From contig CM035353.1 in NCBI GenBank assembly GCA_020137815.1, positions 8,494,001 to 8,558,000 of the forward strand: 64,000 nucleotides of DNA, given 5' to 3'. The DNA comes from Hormiphora californensis (lineage: Eukaryota; Animalia; Ctenophora). The position numbers and the translations under genes were made by a program. Below the pieces are notes generated by a model that made no database searches, was not told the origin of the DNA, and saw only the letters and a list, made by a program, of their open reading frames with translations. This document shows positions 52,022-64,000 of this stretch, in pieces. Position 1 is the first letter of the stretch; the number at the start of each line of letters is the position of its first letter.

Positions 52022-53869
52022 GATTGGTGTAATTGCTTGGTTGTTTGGTGGTTAGTTTTTAAAGTGTAACGAGGCAAACAAAGCAAACGAATCTTCCCGG
52101 AGGGTACTGCACGTGCAAATAAGTAGCGACTATATCCCCACCCGGTTACCATAGTTACACGTGCAGTGCATCACCTCACTCACAAACACTAAAACTAGTT
52201 CAAAAAGGTACCTGCAGTAGGTGTGTAACTCATGCTTGACCTCGATACAGGAACGTTTGAGGGTAATGGGAGAGTTAGTAGATCAGCTGACTAGACCCGT
52301 TCTGTTTTGTTCCCCTGTGACGAGACTGGCACTACTGTTAGTAACCGTTAACTCCGATCGCTATAACCTGGGTATGTCAATAACTATTCAAGGGGTAGGG
52401 GTTCTGAATTCTGATAACATAAGTTGAGAACATGAATCATGCTGCCAGACCAAACCCAAAGAACCGAGACAAACCCCGCAAAACCAACCTCCAAACCAAA
52501 CAACCAGCAAACCTCCACCAAACCTCCAAACCTCCACCAACCTCCAAACCTCCAACAACCTCCAAACCTCCACCAAACCTCCAAACCTCCACCAACCTCC
52601 AAACCTCCAAACCTAAACGCAACCTTAACCACACCTAACGCCGTCAAACACCAAGAGATCCGGAACAGCGGAAAGACCGAGACCCTCCGTCCACTAAGAT
52701 GGTAAATGTGGACACTCGCCAGAAACCGAGACTCAGAACGAACTCATCAGCCGTAAACCTGACACCGTTTCGGGGCTTTAATTCAGTACGGGTACACAAG
52801 GTACTAAGTCAGGCGCCCCGGCAATCTCGATAATCTGAGACCACCGTTCGATCTATACCCAGTTGCCCGGAATGAATGTGTCGACTGGGGTCCCTCACTG
52901 CCTCCCCCTTTGACAGGTTTATGTGTTGTTTCTGGGTTCATTATCATACCATTGAGCACTTTAGCTCCAATTCTGTTGACTTTCACAGCGTAATTCGAGA
53001 TTCAAGTCTCACTTAATTGGGAGTTGGCGCTGTATTCATTATATAATTTGTTTGTACCCCTATAATTCCAACTTCGGGTCGGACGAGGGGAAGCTTGCCT
53101 TTTGCGAACATAATTAGTTAACTAATTAGTTGAGGGTACGCCTCAAGTATTGGGGCTTGCGACAAACCCGCCCGACTCTGCGCCGCCACTCGCCAGTTGG
53201 CTCAATGGCTCTCTTTAATCTTTATTCACCCTAACGCCAATTTCTACTGTTGCCATGGCAACTGTATCGGTAACCATGAAGACTGAATCGCTGAAATATT
53301 TTCTGAAATGATCACAAATTCCCAAAAGAATTTTTAATTGTTCTTCCAAAAAAGAATAGCAGCTTTACAGCTTTCTGCTTTGGTCACATAAATGTGTTTA
53401 TGAAGGAGCAGACTGTCGCTGAACACACGCCGCGCTGAACGAACGGATTCGACTTCGACACGACAACTCCAAATTTTACCTATGCTTTTAATAATATAAA
53501 ATTGTAAATTGCCATTGTAAAAAAAATAAATAATTAAGGATTTCTCACATTTTACTGCACAGGTGCAACTACTAGACAACAAAGAGAATCTGGGTACAGT
53601 AATCTTGTTCACTCCGAGGGAGAGGGATGCGCTCTGCACTGATCGAATCAGGTTTGTTACTTTGTGCATGCAGTGCTACAAATCTTGTGTGAGTTGACCG
53701 TACTCACTGGACCATCAGCCAGCAGGTCCACGGCAACGGGACTAAGCCCTGATACCCCAACATACAGATGGGAGATCAGGGCTCAGCTGGCACGAAGAGC
53801 TCATTTCTGAGCTCCCCCCGTTGAGCTCACCTCACACACACATCACACTACACTACACTACATACACAC

Positions 53870-54444
53870 TCATTCCAGATCCAGCACAACATAATCTGTT
53901 TGTGCTGCACGGTGGGAGCGGGGCACCGGTTCAGTTTGGTTGGCAGCATGGTTTCCGGTGATGGACGGCCCAGCTCCGTTCTTTATCATTTCAAAACTGA
54001 TGTTCATCTCCTGGTGAAGTTTCTTGATCTGATGAAGGATCCCTCCCTGTCGAGAAGCCAGACCGAGATTGTGTTCTACCATGGTGTGTCCCAGGACCTG
54101 AAAGTATTCGTGACATTAGTTTCGATATATGCTAAACTAATACATTATGTGCCTGTATGAATTGTGAACTTTGATTGGGGATTGTGAAGGCCAATTTATC
54201 ACTCTGATCTTACCTTGTTCTTGTCAAGGATGGTCCTGAACATGGGACCTAGTTCTGCGGCGAGGGGCTCCATTAGAGATACCATCCGTTTCAGTTGTCT
54301 TTGTGTTTCAGCTGCCTCGTATCTCAAGCCTTCCTCAGTTCTCCCTATCATCTTGGTGAGGATGAACACGGCTATAATCCCCAGGAACAATGTTACTATT
54401 GGGATGATCTGCATGGCAAACAAGGTAGGGGCGTCTAATTCCAT
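53870..54444 (-). CDS. Unrecognised 152-aa single-pass membrane/helical protein, copy B (exons 54444-54214, 54097-53870)
   Basis: Same exon lengths (231+228 nt) and splice sites as copy A. Many differences are synonymous, and indels are confined to non-coding sequence. Confidence 0.7.
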
Positions 54445-55276
54445 GATTGGTGTAGTTGCTTGGTTGTTTGGTGGTTAGTCTTTAAAGTGTAACGAGGCAA
54501 ACAAAGCAAGCGAATCTTCCCGGAGGGTACTGCACGTGCAAATAAGTAGAGACTATATCCCCACCCGGTTACCATAGTTACACGTGCAGTGCATCACCTC
54601 ACTCACAAACACTAAAACTAGTTCAAAAAGGTACCTGCAGTAGGTGTGTAACTCATGCTTGACCTCGATACAGGAACGTTTGAGGGTAATGGGAGAGTTA
54701 GTAGATCAGCTGACAAGACCCGTTCTGTTTTGTTCCCCTGTGACGAGACTGGCACTACTGTTAGTAACCGTTAACTCAGATCGCTACCTGGGTATGTCAA
54801 TAGTTATTCAACTGAAGGGGTGGGGGATCTGATAATAAATTGGTGTGTTGTTTCTGGGTTCATTATCATATTGAGCACTTTAGCTCCAATTCCGTTGACT
54901 TTCACAGCGTCATTCGAGATTCAAGTCTCACTTAATTGGGAGTTGGCGCTGTATTCATTATATAATTTGTTTGCAGGTGTTATCCAAGCTGTGTGTGTGT
55001 GTTTGAAACCCAACTCGACTGATAAGACATCTGACATGCACTCCCCTCCTTCAATATAGTGTACTGCCTTCCAGTGAAAGGTACACTTTGGAGCTGTGTG
55101 GTATATAGCGTGTAATTGTCCAGATCATTTACCATCAAGCAGTCTTCTTTTTGATTTCTGCTCTATGAAAAGTAGACTGTCAAAGATATTCTCAATTGAT
55201 CACACGCCGCAGTTCGTAGCGAGTGTACTTTTTCTTCACTTTGCTGTCACTATTAATGTTTCCTTTCAAGAATCCA

Positions 55277-58065
55277 ATGGAGAAGTTCATTAAGCTGAGA
55301 GAATCTAATGCAACCTCTAAAAAGAGAGTGGTGAGTCATTTCGTTTTTAGTACTCCACCTTTTTATCTTGCTAACTTGCTTTAAAACCCAACTGAAAGAT
55401 CTAACTTGCCCTGATTATCTTTACTGCTGCCTTGTCTGACTGTAACCAGCAACCATCCCCACCCCTTCACTCAATCAGTAACACTCCCAACCAGGCAGCA
55501 TCCCCAATCACTCACTGTACTTATTGCAGGAGTATGAGAGCATGTACGAGGATATAATGGTGAATGAGCGCTTCTCCAATGCCTGGAAGGATGCTAAGGA
55601 GGACGCCACATATGACAAGTAGGCCACCACTTATTGGATAGGATAGGATTTGTTGAATAATTGTGCAGTGGTTCAAGTACCCGAAACATATGACAAGTAG
55701 GGTATTTGTGGGTAATTCCAGTACCCGAAATAGATCTTTGTCACTACTCGCTGTATGTTGGGACAATTTATCAGCAACAGTTAGTTATGTTTTGTGTTTT
55801 ATGACATCCTCACTGAGGATTCCTCAGTTATGATGACTTTGTGTACGAGGAAGAGGAAGAGGAGGATGAGTACGAGGATATTGTGTTCTTTCAATCCAGT
55901 AGTACAGCAATGTCATTGCCTCCCCTTCCAGAACCAGATGAGGATATCCCAGGACAACCACAACCATCATCTCTCCCCCTGCCACTTCCACCGGATACCA
56001 GTGAGTAGCAATATGCCCCGCCCCCTAAATTACGTTATTTATGTCGTGATTTTCACAGTATTTCACAGGGCGTCTCAGACTGAAACCCACTGCCCCCAAT
56101 CAATCCAATATCTTTCTCCAATATCTATCTCCCCCTACAACTCCCTATAATCACAGGTGATCTGCTTGCACCAGTGTACTCTACAGTGAAGAAGGAACGT
56201 CCTACATCCCTTAAATCCACTAAACAGGGATCACTACCAAGGAACAGCCTTGCTAACAGTCTTGGTAGCAGGTTAGTGAGGTACTGACTGTAACATCGTA
56301 CACGCTTCGGCCCGGTGCGGAGAGGACAGTATTTTATGAGACAAGGGGAGACAAGTTAGAATCTTCTTTATACCTGTGGATACAAATACAGAAGGTGATG
56401 CAAATCAGATACAGAAGTTTACTGACCAATATTTATTTCAAGATTGGCGTCTCTGGGAACGGATTCCAGGAAATGTCAGAGTCTCCCGCGGAATGCCTCA
56501 GGTCACAGTGTGGTAATGAAGGACGTGAGGAATCCCCTATTTACACCCTCCCCCGCTGGGTAACGAACTATTAGTTGTTGTACTAGTTTGAGCACTCTGT
56601 TGATTTTGGATCAAGGGACATGATATCTATCTAGTCAATAATCGCTGTAGTTTAGTTTAGATCAAGTTGACAGCTCATGTCCCAACAGGAGTCCTGTTAC
56701 AACAAGAAAGGTCTTCACTCCTGTCGAGGCTGAGGAGGAGGAGGATATCTATGATACACCAAGCAGCATTCAGGTATCCTTCATCTCTATTGCGTCACTG
56801 TTTAATGTTTAGATTCCCCCGATAATCTAGACGTGTTTTCAGTTTTAGTATTTCTATATCCCTCCTCTGTTTTTGCAGATGCCCCCGGTTCTGCCTCCCA
56901 AGAAAAAGTCCCTGAATAAGAAGCCAGTACCGTCCCGTGCCAGTAGTGGGTCAGTTATACCCTCCAGAGCCAGCAGTGGGTCAGGGGCCTCCTCATTCAC
57001 AAGACAGCGTGTTAACCGCTATTCCAGTGTCGATAGTTCGGTATGTCATCTTGATGTAAGCTACTTTCATTCATAGTAACTAGTTTCTAATATCAGAAGA
57101 TAAAACTACTTGTTCCTGTTATAGAGGTCTACTACAAGTGGTACCAATGATGACGAGTGTGTGGGCTCTCTCATTGCACGGAGCTCTAAAAGTGACAAAC
57201 TGGAGAAGAGACTCAGTAAGAAAGGTATTTCCCCATTATGATTCCCTGAAGTTGGAATTGTTCCCTAGCTAACAGCTATATCCCGGTGTTTCAGGTGTGT
57301 CAGGAAGTGATGCCTTCAAAAGGAGGAGTGTGAACCTCCCTGTAACAGGATCTGAGGAGGATCAACTCAGAAAGTCATCTCTAGCCCATCGTGATCTGAG
57401 TAAGATTCCCTCTTTATATCAATACAATGTTGTGTTAGCCTGACACTGCCAGGGTTATAATTATCTCTTTATGTTAGTGTCATGTGGTAATATTTAGCTG
57501 AGAAAGTTCCTCAGTCAGACTGAGGAACTTTCTCAGTCTCGTGGCGAGCTTCTGGTTCATGAGATGTTAGTTATACCCAGATCAAATAAGATGCAGCTGC
57601 TAGGTAACTGGACAGCTAACAGCTAATACTCCCACTTGCACTCTAGGGTAACTGTGTTTAACAGCTAATACTCCCCCATTCTAGGAGATGACTGGAGTGA
57701 GATAGACGACATTATGTCAGCACTAAAGATAGATATAGATACAGCCCAACAGAGAAGATCCACCACCACCAGGATCCCAGGTTAGTGGTGCCTTGTGGTA
57801 TCCCGTCCACGCTAATATTCTATCACTATTCAAATCTTTCTGGCTGTCCCTTCTAGTTCTGGCTTGGTTCACCACTATCTCAGATAGTGTTGGGCACGTC
57901 ACACCATCCCCTGTACGTCGCACGCGACCGACGTAGTTGGCTGCCAAACATCTATGAGAAATATTTATCTCTTTTTTACGCAGTCTTTGACTCTCCGAAT
58001 AGAATTAGAAAGAAGAAGAATAAAACTATTCCTTATCCCCATGTCACCTCTCCCCCCCCCCTCTG

Positions 58066-58160
<95 letters not shown>

Positions 58161-60446
58161 TTATTCCCGCATGCCAGATCCAATTGTTTACATAACCCAT
58201 TGCCTTGGTTTTATATGTTGAAAATATTCCCTTCCTTTTGTTTCGCAAGCTTTGTTCCTTATTCTATACAGTAGTAGAGTCGGTTGTGGGAAGTTGGGTC
58301 TGGAATTATAAATTTGACTTGCTGATATGTTTAGTGGCTCTATAAAAAGTCCAAAGCACCATCCCATAGGTCTCTACCACCCCCGGTTCACTAATTATTC
58401 GTAATTATGTGATTTATGACGTTATGGCCAATTAGCACTAATAATACCAGTTCCTGGCCACTTATAGCTTAGATTTTGATACCAGATGATAGAGGATGAC
58501 TAGATTAGTGGGCATACAAAATTTGAGGTCGATCGGATTTATGGTCGAGGAGTTATAGCCGTTTTTCCGTTTGGCTGGCGGTTGGCTGGCACCACGTGGG
58601 ATTACGGGTTTAGGTCGTCGTAGGAGGTCGTGGTTGGTCGCATTCGATCGGGCTTGATGAGGTGATCAAAACCTAGTGGGGCCAGACCTTGGCCCCACCC
58701 CGTTCTGGGGTTATTAGGCTTTTTCGGTTTCCCGCCAAAATATTTTCCCGCCAAAACCAAAAAAGCCTAATAACCCCAGAACGGGGTGGGGCCAAGGTCT
58801 GGCCCCACTAGGTTTTGATCACCTCATCAAGCCCGATCGAATGCGACCAACCACGACCTCCTACGACGACCTAAACCCGTAATCCCACGTGGTGCCAGCC
58901 AACCGCCAGCCAAACGGAAAAACGGCTATAACTCCTCGACCATAAATCCGATCGACCTCAAATTTTGTATGCCCACTAATCTAGTCATCCTCTATCATCT
59001 GGTATCAAAATCTAAGCTATAAGTGACCAGGAACTAGTATTATTAGTGCTAATTGGCCATAACGTCATAAATCACATAATTACGAATAATTAGTGAACCG
59101 GGGGTGGTAGAGACCTGTGGGATGGTGCTTTGGACTTTTTATAGAGTCACTAAACATATTAGCAAGTCAATTTTAAATTTCCAGATCCGACTTCCCACAA
59201 CCGACCCAACTACAGGTTCATCTAAGAGCGATAAATTGTTATCCATGCTGTTATAATACTACTCAGTGGAAATATTACAACTGATTTGTAGTTGATGTTT
59301 GTTTATCACTATACCTATCTATATAGGGTCCTCTAAAGCAGTAGGAAGCACACTGTCTGAGTGTCTGATCGTGCTTCTTAAAATCATTCACTCTTCCATC
59401 TTTCCACCTTGTAGAGAGAACACACGTACTATCTAGTCAACTATAAATTGCAACATTGACAGACAAATCTTAATTCCACTGTCCTGTGTTATCTTTAAAG
59501 ATGGGCTCCAATTATCTCCACACTCCAATGTGACAGTTCCATAGACGTGTTAGATACGTGTTTAGTAATCGTCCTGAACCACAATGGTAATGTACACGTG
59601 TGACAGCTTTCCATGTGGTATTGAATGTGTGTGTGTGAGTTTTATAGAAACTCAGTTAAAGGGTATAATTCATTTCCCGGAGGGGACATTGTTAGTGTAG
59701 AAACACAAATATAATTCATAATTCCCGTTGATCTGCTGGACCGCACCCTCTTTCTTTGCTTCCTAACAGACATATTATCCTGTTGTGGTAGACTGGACAA
59801 TATCATAGTATAATAATAATATCACAAAAAAACGTTCTGTTTTCAAATCATTTCATTCACAATAGTTGTGTTGATAGGCAAGTTGTGAGCTGCTCCACAT
59901 ACCTGATCTTGATCCGTTATATACTGGTCAATCTATTTAAAAGTGACACCACACAGTTACTTATTGGTTGGGCACTAGGGTGGGGCATCACTTGAAGTTT
60001 TAATTATATACGGAACGCATTGCTCAACCGTGGAAGGGAATGAAGTATGATTTAGTGCAGTATTTTATATGATTTGCTTGGTTCCTCTTCTGTTTCAATT
60101 GATGTGATCATTATTGACAGATCTCTCACAGAGACAATTCAACACTAATTCCATTACTATCTGATCCGCATATTCAAAGTTTACCACATTAGATATAATA
60201 TTCCCGCATGATATATGTTTATGTAATAACATGTCGTAAAATATATATTCCTTGATCTCTCCCAATGATTATTGTTGCAGTAGAACTATAAAAAACACGT
60301 CGTGGCAGTTCTGTATGTGATTTGACGCTTGAAAGGAATGGGAATGGGAATGAGGTTATTGAGTAAGAGGAAGGGATATTATCATGATTATATAGAGAGA
60401 TCAGAGAGTGAAAAAAATGAATAGAGGACAATATCATGTAGATAAT

Positions 60447-60485
<39 letters not shown>

Positions 60486-63400
60486 GAGAGAGAGAGGACA
60501 TATAGTAGTAAACAGGTAAAGGTAGGCCGACTCTTATATATTGTGTGTAGTTGTATTGTCCTCCTTTTCTCTCTCTGTTATTGTGTTCTACTGTGCTGGT
60601 CCTCGGATCTGAAGAGCTATTACACCCCACTGAACTCTTCTTCACTCTTCACCGAATTACTCTGTGTACTTGGAAATAAACAGGGAACACGTGTGGACTT
60701 GGGGAACATTAAACAAGCACCAAGTGGAACAGTTCTGGAAGTTTTCAACAAGTTTGAACAGCTCCTTGTGTACCACATCCACGGGCCAGAGAGAGTTATG
60801 TTGAAGTCACGAACAAGCTTTGTCATTGACGGCCGTAAAATGAAGGACACAGTACAGCTAGGGAACAAAGGTAAATTGTGTGTGTCTAGACGCAGTATGT
60901 GTCTTGTGTTTATACTTGCTCCCCAGTCTCCTTAGACAAGATAAATTACTGTTCACAGACCCAAACTTAGCGTACTCGGAGTCTGGCGCTGCTAGACAGA
61001 GATCTTAGGAGTTAGGTTGGACTATATCAACGTCTGTATACGGGTTATATGATCACCATTCACCCTCGTCCTAAATATTAGGGATTATGTCACAGTATAT
61101 TATGTAACACCCATAAATAGAGAATTGTAACCATTACTATGTAGCCTGCTGAACATTTAGCTTCCTTTATAGCCTGTATTTTCAACATGGCGTCATCCAG
61201 TCCCTCTGTATAGCAAGAAGGTCCCACGCTACCTCAATATACCCCCCCCCCTGGTTACATCAACACTGCTGGCCCTTGTTGTTACTCAACAAGCTGCTGG
61301 CCCACCTTTAATAATAATTTATTAATATTTACTCTATGCTTAGTTTATTAAGTTAACAAGGAATGTTCCCAGTGTTACTAAATACATGTGTGTGTGTATG
61401 TGTGTGTGTGTGTGTGACCTGCTATAGTAGTGTAATGTTGCTAGGCGGGGCCTCGAGTTATTGAGTTTTGGAGTTGTAAAGAAGATCACTGAAGCAGAGA
61501 GAGTGGATTGAGGGAGTTTGGGAATGTGGAAATATAGAGAAAGATAGAGGATTGTAGAGAGAAGCTGAAAATGCTATTTGTAACACTACCTTGTGAGTTG
61601 GGGTTCTTTATATATACCTTTATATATACCTCAGTAGGCAACATCACCGATCTGGCGATCAGTTAGGGAGAATTAGAGCTTGTTTCTTTAGCTACAGTCC
61701 TTAGTCCTTTAAATGGCTCGGTCTTACTGCATGATAGATAGCTGATATGATACTATTGTCTGTACACGATTTTAAATTTTGCAATTTTTCAGGTTCTTGC
61801 TTTTCTCTACCTAGTTCTCTTCATTTTGCAATGGTTTTTAGATTTAGTTATTGGCATCCAGTTTCTAAATACTAGTATATCTCTGCTCAAGATGGCACTA
61901 GTTGAAGCAACATTCCACCCCACCACAATCACTGAAGATGGGGGTGGTGCAACATTCCACCCCACTACTGAAAGTGAGGGTAGTCCAGGGGAGGGTGGAT
62001 TAGCTGAGGTGTCCATTCTTAGTGATCTTACTGAGACTGAGGAGGATTATATTGGTAATAAACTAGCGGAGAATATATATTATATGATCTCTGCCGGAAT
62101 TGTTGTTGTGTGTTTGGCCCCTCGATCAAAAAACGGATAGGAAACTGTTTAATTAGATTCCATATTAATGTAATTTTATGGATCTAACCCTGTCCCCCTC
62201 TCTCCAGATAAGACCCTGCTGCCCAAACTAACCCTGTCCCCTCTCTCCAGATAAGACCCTGCTGCCCAAACTAACCATGTCCCCTCCAGATAAGACCCAG
62301 CTGCCCAAACTAACCCTGTCCCCCTCAACAGATAAGACCCTGCTGCCCAAACTAACCCTGTCATCCTCTCTTCAGATAAGACCCTGCTGCCCAAACTAAC
62401 CCAGATCCCACTCTCCAGATAAGACCCTGCAAGATTGGTTGGACAGGCTGGAGATGGGAGAGCTAAAGCCCATGCTGGAGCTAAACGGGTGGGATCACAT
62501 CGAGTTCATCAAGGGTGCCATGGGCAAGGAAGATATAGTGGCACTTGGTATCAACAATGAACGAGTCAAAAAGTACGTGATGTTATATCGGAGAAATCAA
62601 AATGATTGTTATAACAGTCGGACCCCGATTTACCGGAACCCCGATGTACCGCGCAAAATATCCTTTTCCCCTAGTATCCCGGTATATCGGGGTCCGACTG
62701 TACAATGGTTAACACAGTTGGTGTCGTCATGATACCAAGATATTTATTTTAGGAAGTTGCTTGACTCAGTAGAGGTGGATCTGGTATCATTTCAACACGG
62801 CAGTATACCAGAGACTGTAGAGGAATGGTTAAAAGAGATACGTCTCTCCAAATATCTCTCAAAGTTTATCGCTCAACGCATTGGTTAGTTTATTAACCCT
62901 GTCAGGCAAATGCTCTGACAGTTTCAACCACAATCTTACCGATCTTCCCTCTCCTTTTTCTACAAGGCCCATGTCTGTTCCTTTCCATTTACTTCCCACC
63001 CTGTTATATCTTTATTATCCTTCTGTTATCTCCTCCCAACGGTCCAACACCCTCCCTTCCCAGGCTCCATATCGAGAGTGCTGGCTATTTGGGAGATAGA
63101 GCTCACTACTATTCTTGGCATTGAGCCCATCGGTCACAGGAAGAGGATTATGAAGAGTATTAAGGATCTGAAGTCACTACAGAAATCTCTTGACGAGGCC
63201 GAGAAGAACAAGGTTTGAAATTCTGTAACTCGTAGTTTGAAAGGTTGTATTTCTCCCGTGACAGTTCTGTCATTGTGAGGGAAACTGGGAAAGTGTCAAC
63301 TCAAAACGACCATTGGCTTGGGCACGTCGCGGCCCTCTGTGTTTGTGGCCGTCTGTGTTTGTGGCCGTCACATTCGGAGTGGGGCAGCTACCCAGCCAAA

Positions 63401-64000
63401 CATAATCTCAGCTCTTCTTTATTTCCAACTTCGACCATGTTTTCAGAAACGATCCCCAGCTACGAAGGATGCTTCAACTGGGCCTCAGCAATTCCACACC
63501 CGGGCTGAGTTGGAGAGGGGTGTCGACTATGAGGTCAGATATCTAGGGTGCAGCAAGATCGCAGGGTCGGGGAACTCTAAGGAGACTGCTGCTATTTGCA
63601 ACAAGTATGTTCAATGATTGGAGATATTTGAAAGAGAGCTCTCTCACATACTCTCGAGAGGAAGATCTCTCTCACCCCCTCTCTCTCCGACAATGATCTA
63701 TCTCACTCAGGTTGCTTGAGAAAGGAGACCAGAAGGTTCCCGAATATAGATTGAGAATAGCAGCAGAGGGGATCGAGTTTATTGATAAAGTTTCACAGAG
63801 AAGCGTCTGTAATTACCCCATTCAAGGTACAGCAGGTTTTTACGTAGTATTGCCCATTCGATAGTTAGAAACTATAATAGATGCTGAATTAGTAATGATC
63901 ATTTGCAACGAAAGGACTAATTTTGTGAGAGGAATTGAAGATCAATTTATGGCTAATTTATTAATCCCCCCACCCAGATATCTCATTTGTTTCGCGAGAC
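55277..64000 (+). CDS. ANKS1 (Odin/AIDA-1)-like SAM-SAM-PTB adaptor, 3' end beyond the window; no ankyrin exons seen
   Basis: Pre-SAM motif [12 protein letters not shown]1 [19 protein letters not shown]; SAM2 [39 protein letters not shown]; [34 protein letters not shown]. Upstream GT-AG exons are mostly phase-consistent. The start codon is tentative. Confidence 0.82.
58271..59213. mobile_element. ~940-bp foldback element (~450-bp inverted arms, ~35-bp spacer) in an ANKS1-like intron
   Basis: 58271-58724 is the reverse complement of ~58760-59213. Confidence 0.92.
62184..62430 (+). repeat. ~40-bp minisatellite (~6 copies) copying branch point, acceptor and first 12 nt of the SAM1 exon
   Basis: ctaaccctgtcccctctctccag|ATAAGACCCTGC. 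The real exon starts at 62419 with ATAAGACCCTGCAAG. Confidence 0.92.
62615..62700. mobile_element. 86-bp Tc1/pogo-like mini-MITE
   Basis: TIRs cagtcggaccccgatttaccgg / ccggtatatcggggtccgactg, with TA on the right flank. Confidence 0.75.

Larger units (their letters stand above)
49156..54975. repeat. Tandem segmental duplication (copy A ~49156-53055, copy B ~53110-54975)
   Basis: Both copies start ataattagttaactaattagttgagggtacgcctcaa and end ..ggagttggcgctgtattcattatataatttgtttg. They are colinear apart from insertions, mostly in A. Confidence 0.92.

Noticed and set aside
52384-52705. Pro/Gln-rich and Gly/Trp-rich ORFs
   Set aside because: Low-complexity CCAAACCT repeats within an insertion specific to copy A.
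57647-57649. 1-nt micro-exon between twin introns
   Set aside because: Inclusion would break the reading frame into the conserved WSEIDDIMS exon.

Overview
Gene-dense, intron-rich eukaryotic (animal) DNA with short GT-AG introns and abundant (GA)n/(GACA)n microsatellites. The overall style suggests a ctenophore, possibly cydippid; this is inference and was not verified. Genes reconstructed by hand from splice sites: a small secreted protein (-, 5973-6758); a 12-exon SLC7/LAT-type amino-acid transporter (+, 10072-13656); a peptide-precursor-like gene largely missed by the ORF track (-, ~14041-15091); an ARSB/I/J-type arylsulfatase (-, 17190-22877); MADD/Rab3GEP (-, 25494-47959), whose 7.4-kb intron hosts an antisense LDLa-rich, apparently LRR-less LGR-like GPCR (+, 33992-38762); a frameshifted Gdown1/POLR2M-like sequence (-, 48125-48624); a tandem segmental duplication carrying two copies of an unrecognised 152-aa single-pass protein; and an ANKS1-like SAM-SAM-PTB adaptor (+, 55277 to the window end). 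Mobile DNA includes non-autonomous Helitrons (one head-to-tail dimer), a 5'-truncated CRE-like RLE retrotransposon, hAT and Tc1-like MITEs, a G-terminated MITE with a 6-bp TSD, and a ~940-bp foldback. The most striking unexplained pattern is that many intronic minisatellites are tandem copies of the adjacent splice site, including the first or last exon bases. This gives up to ~34 look-alike acceptors or several donors at one junction, recurring in unrelated genes.
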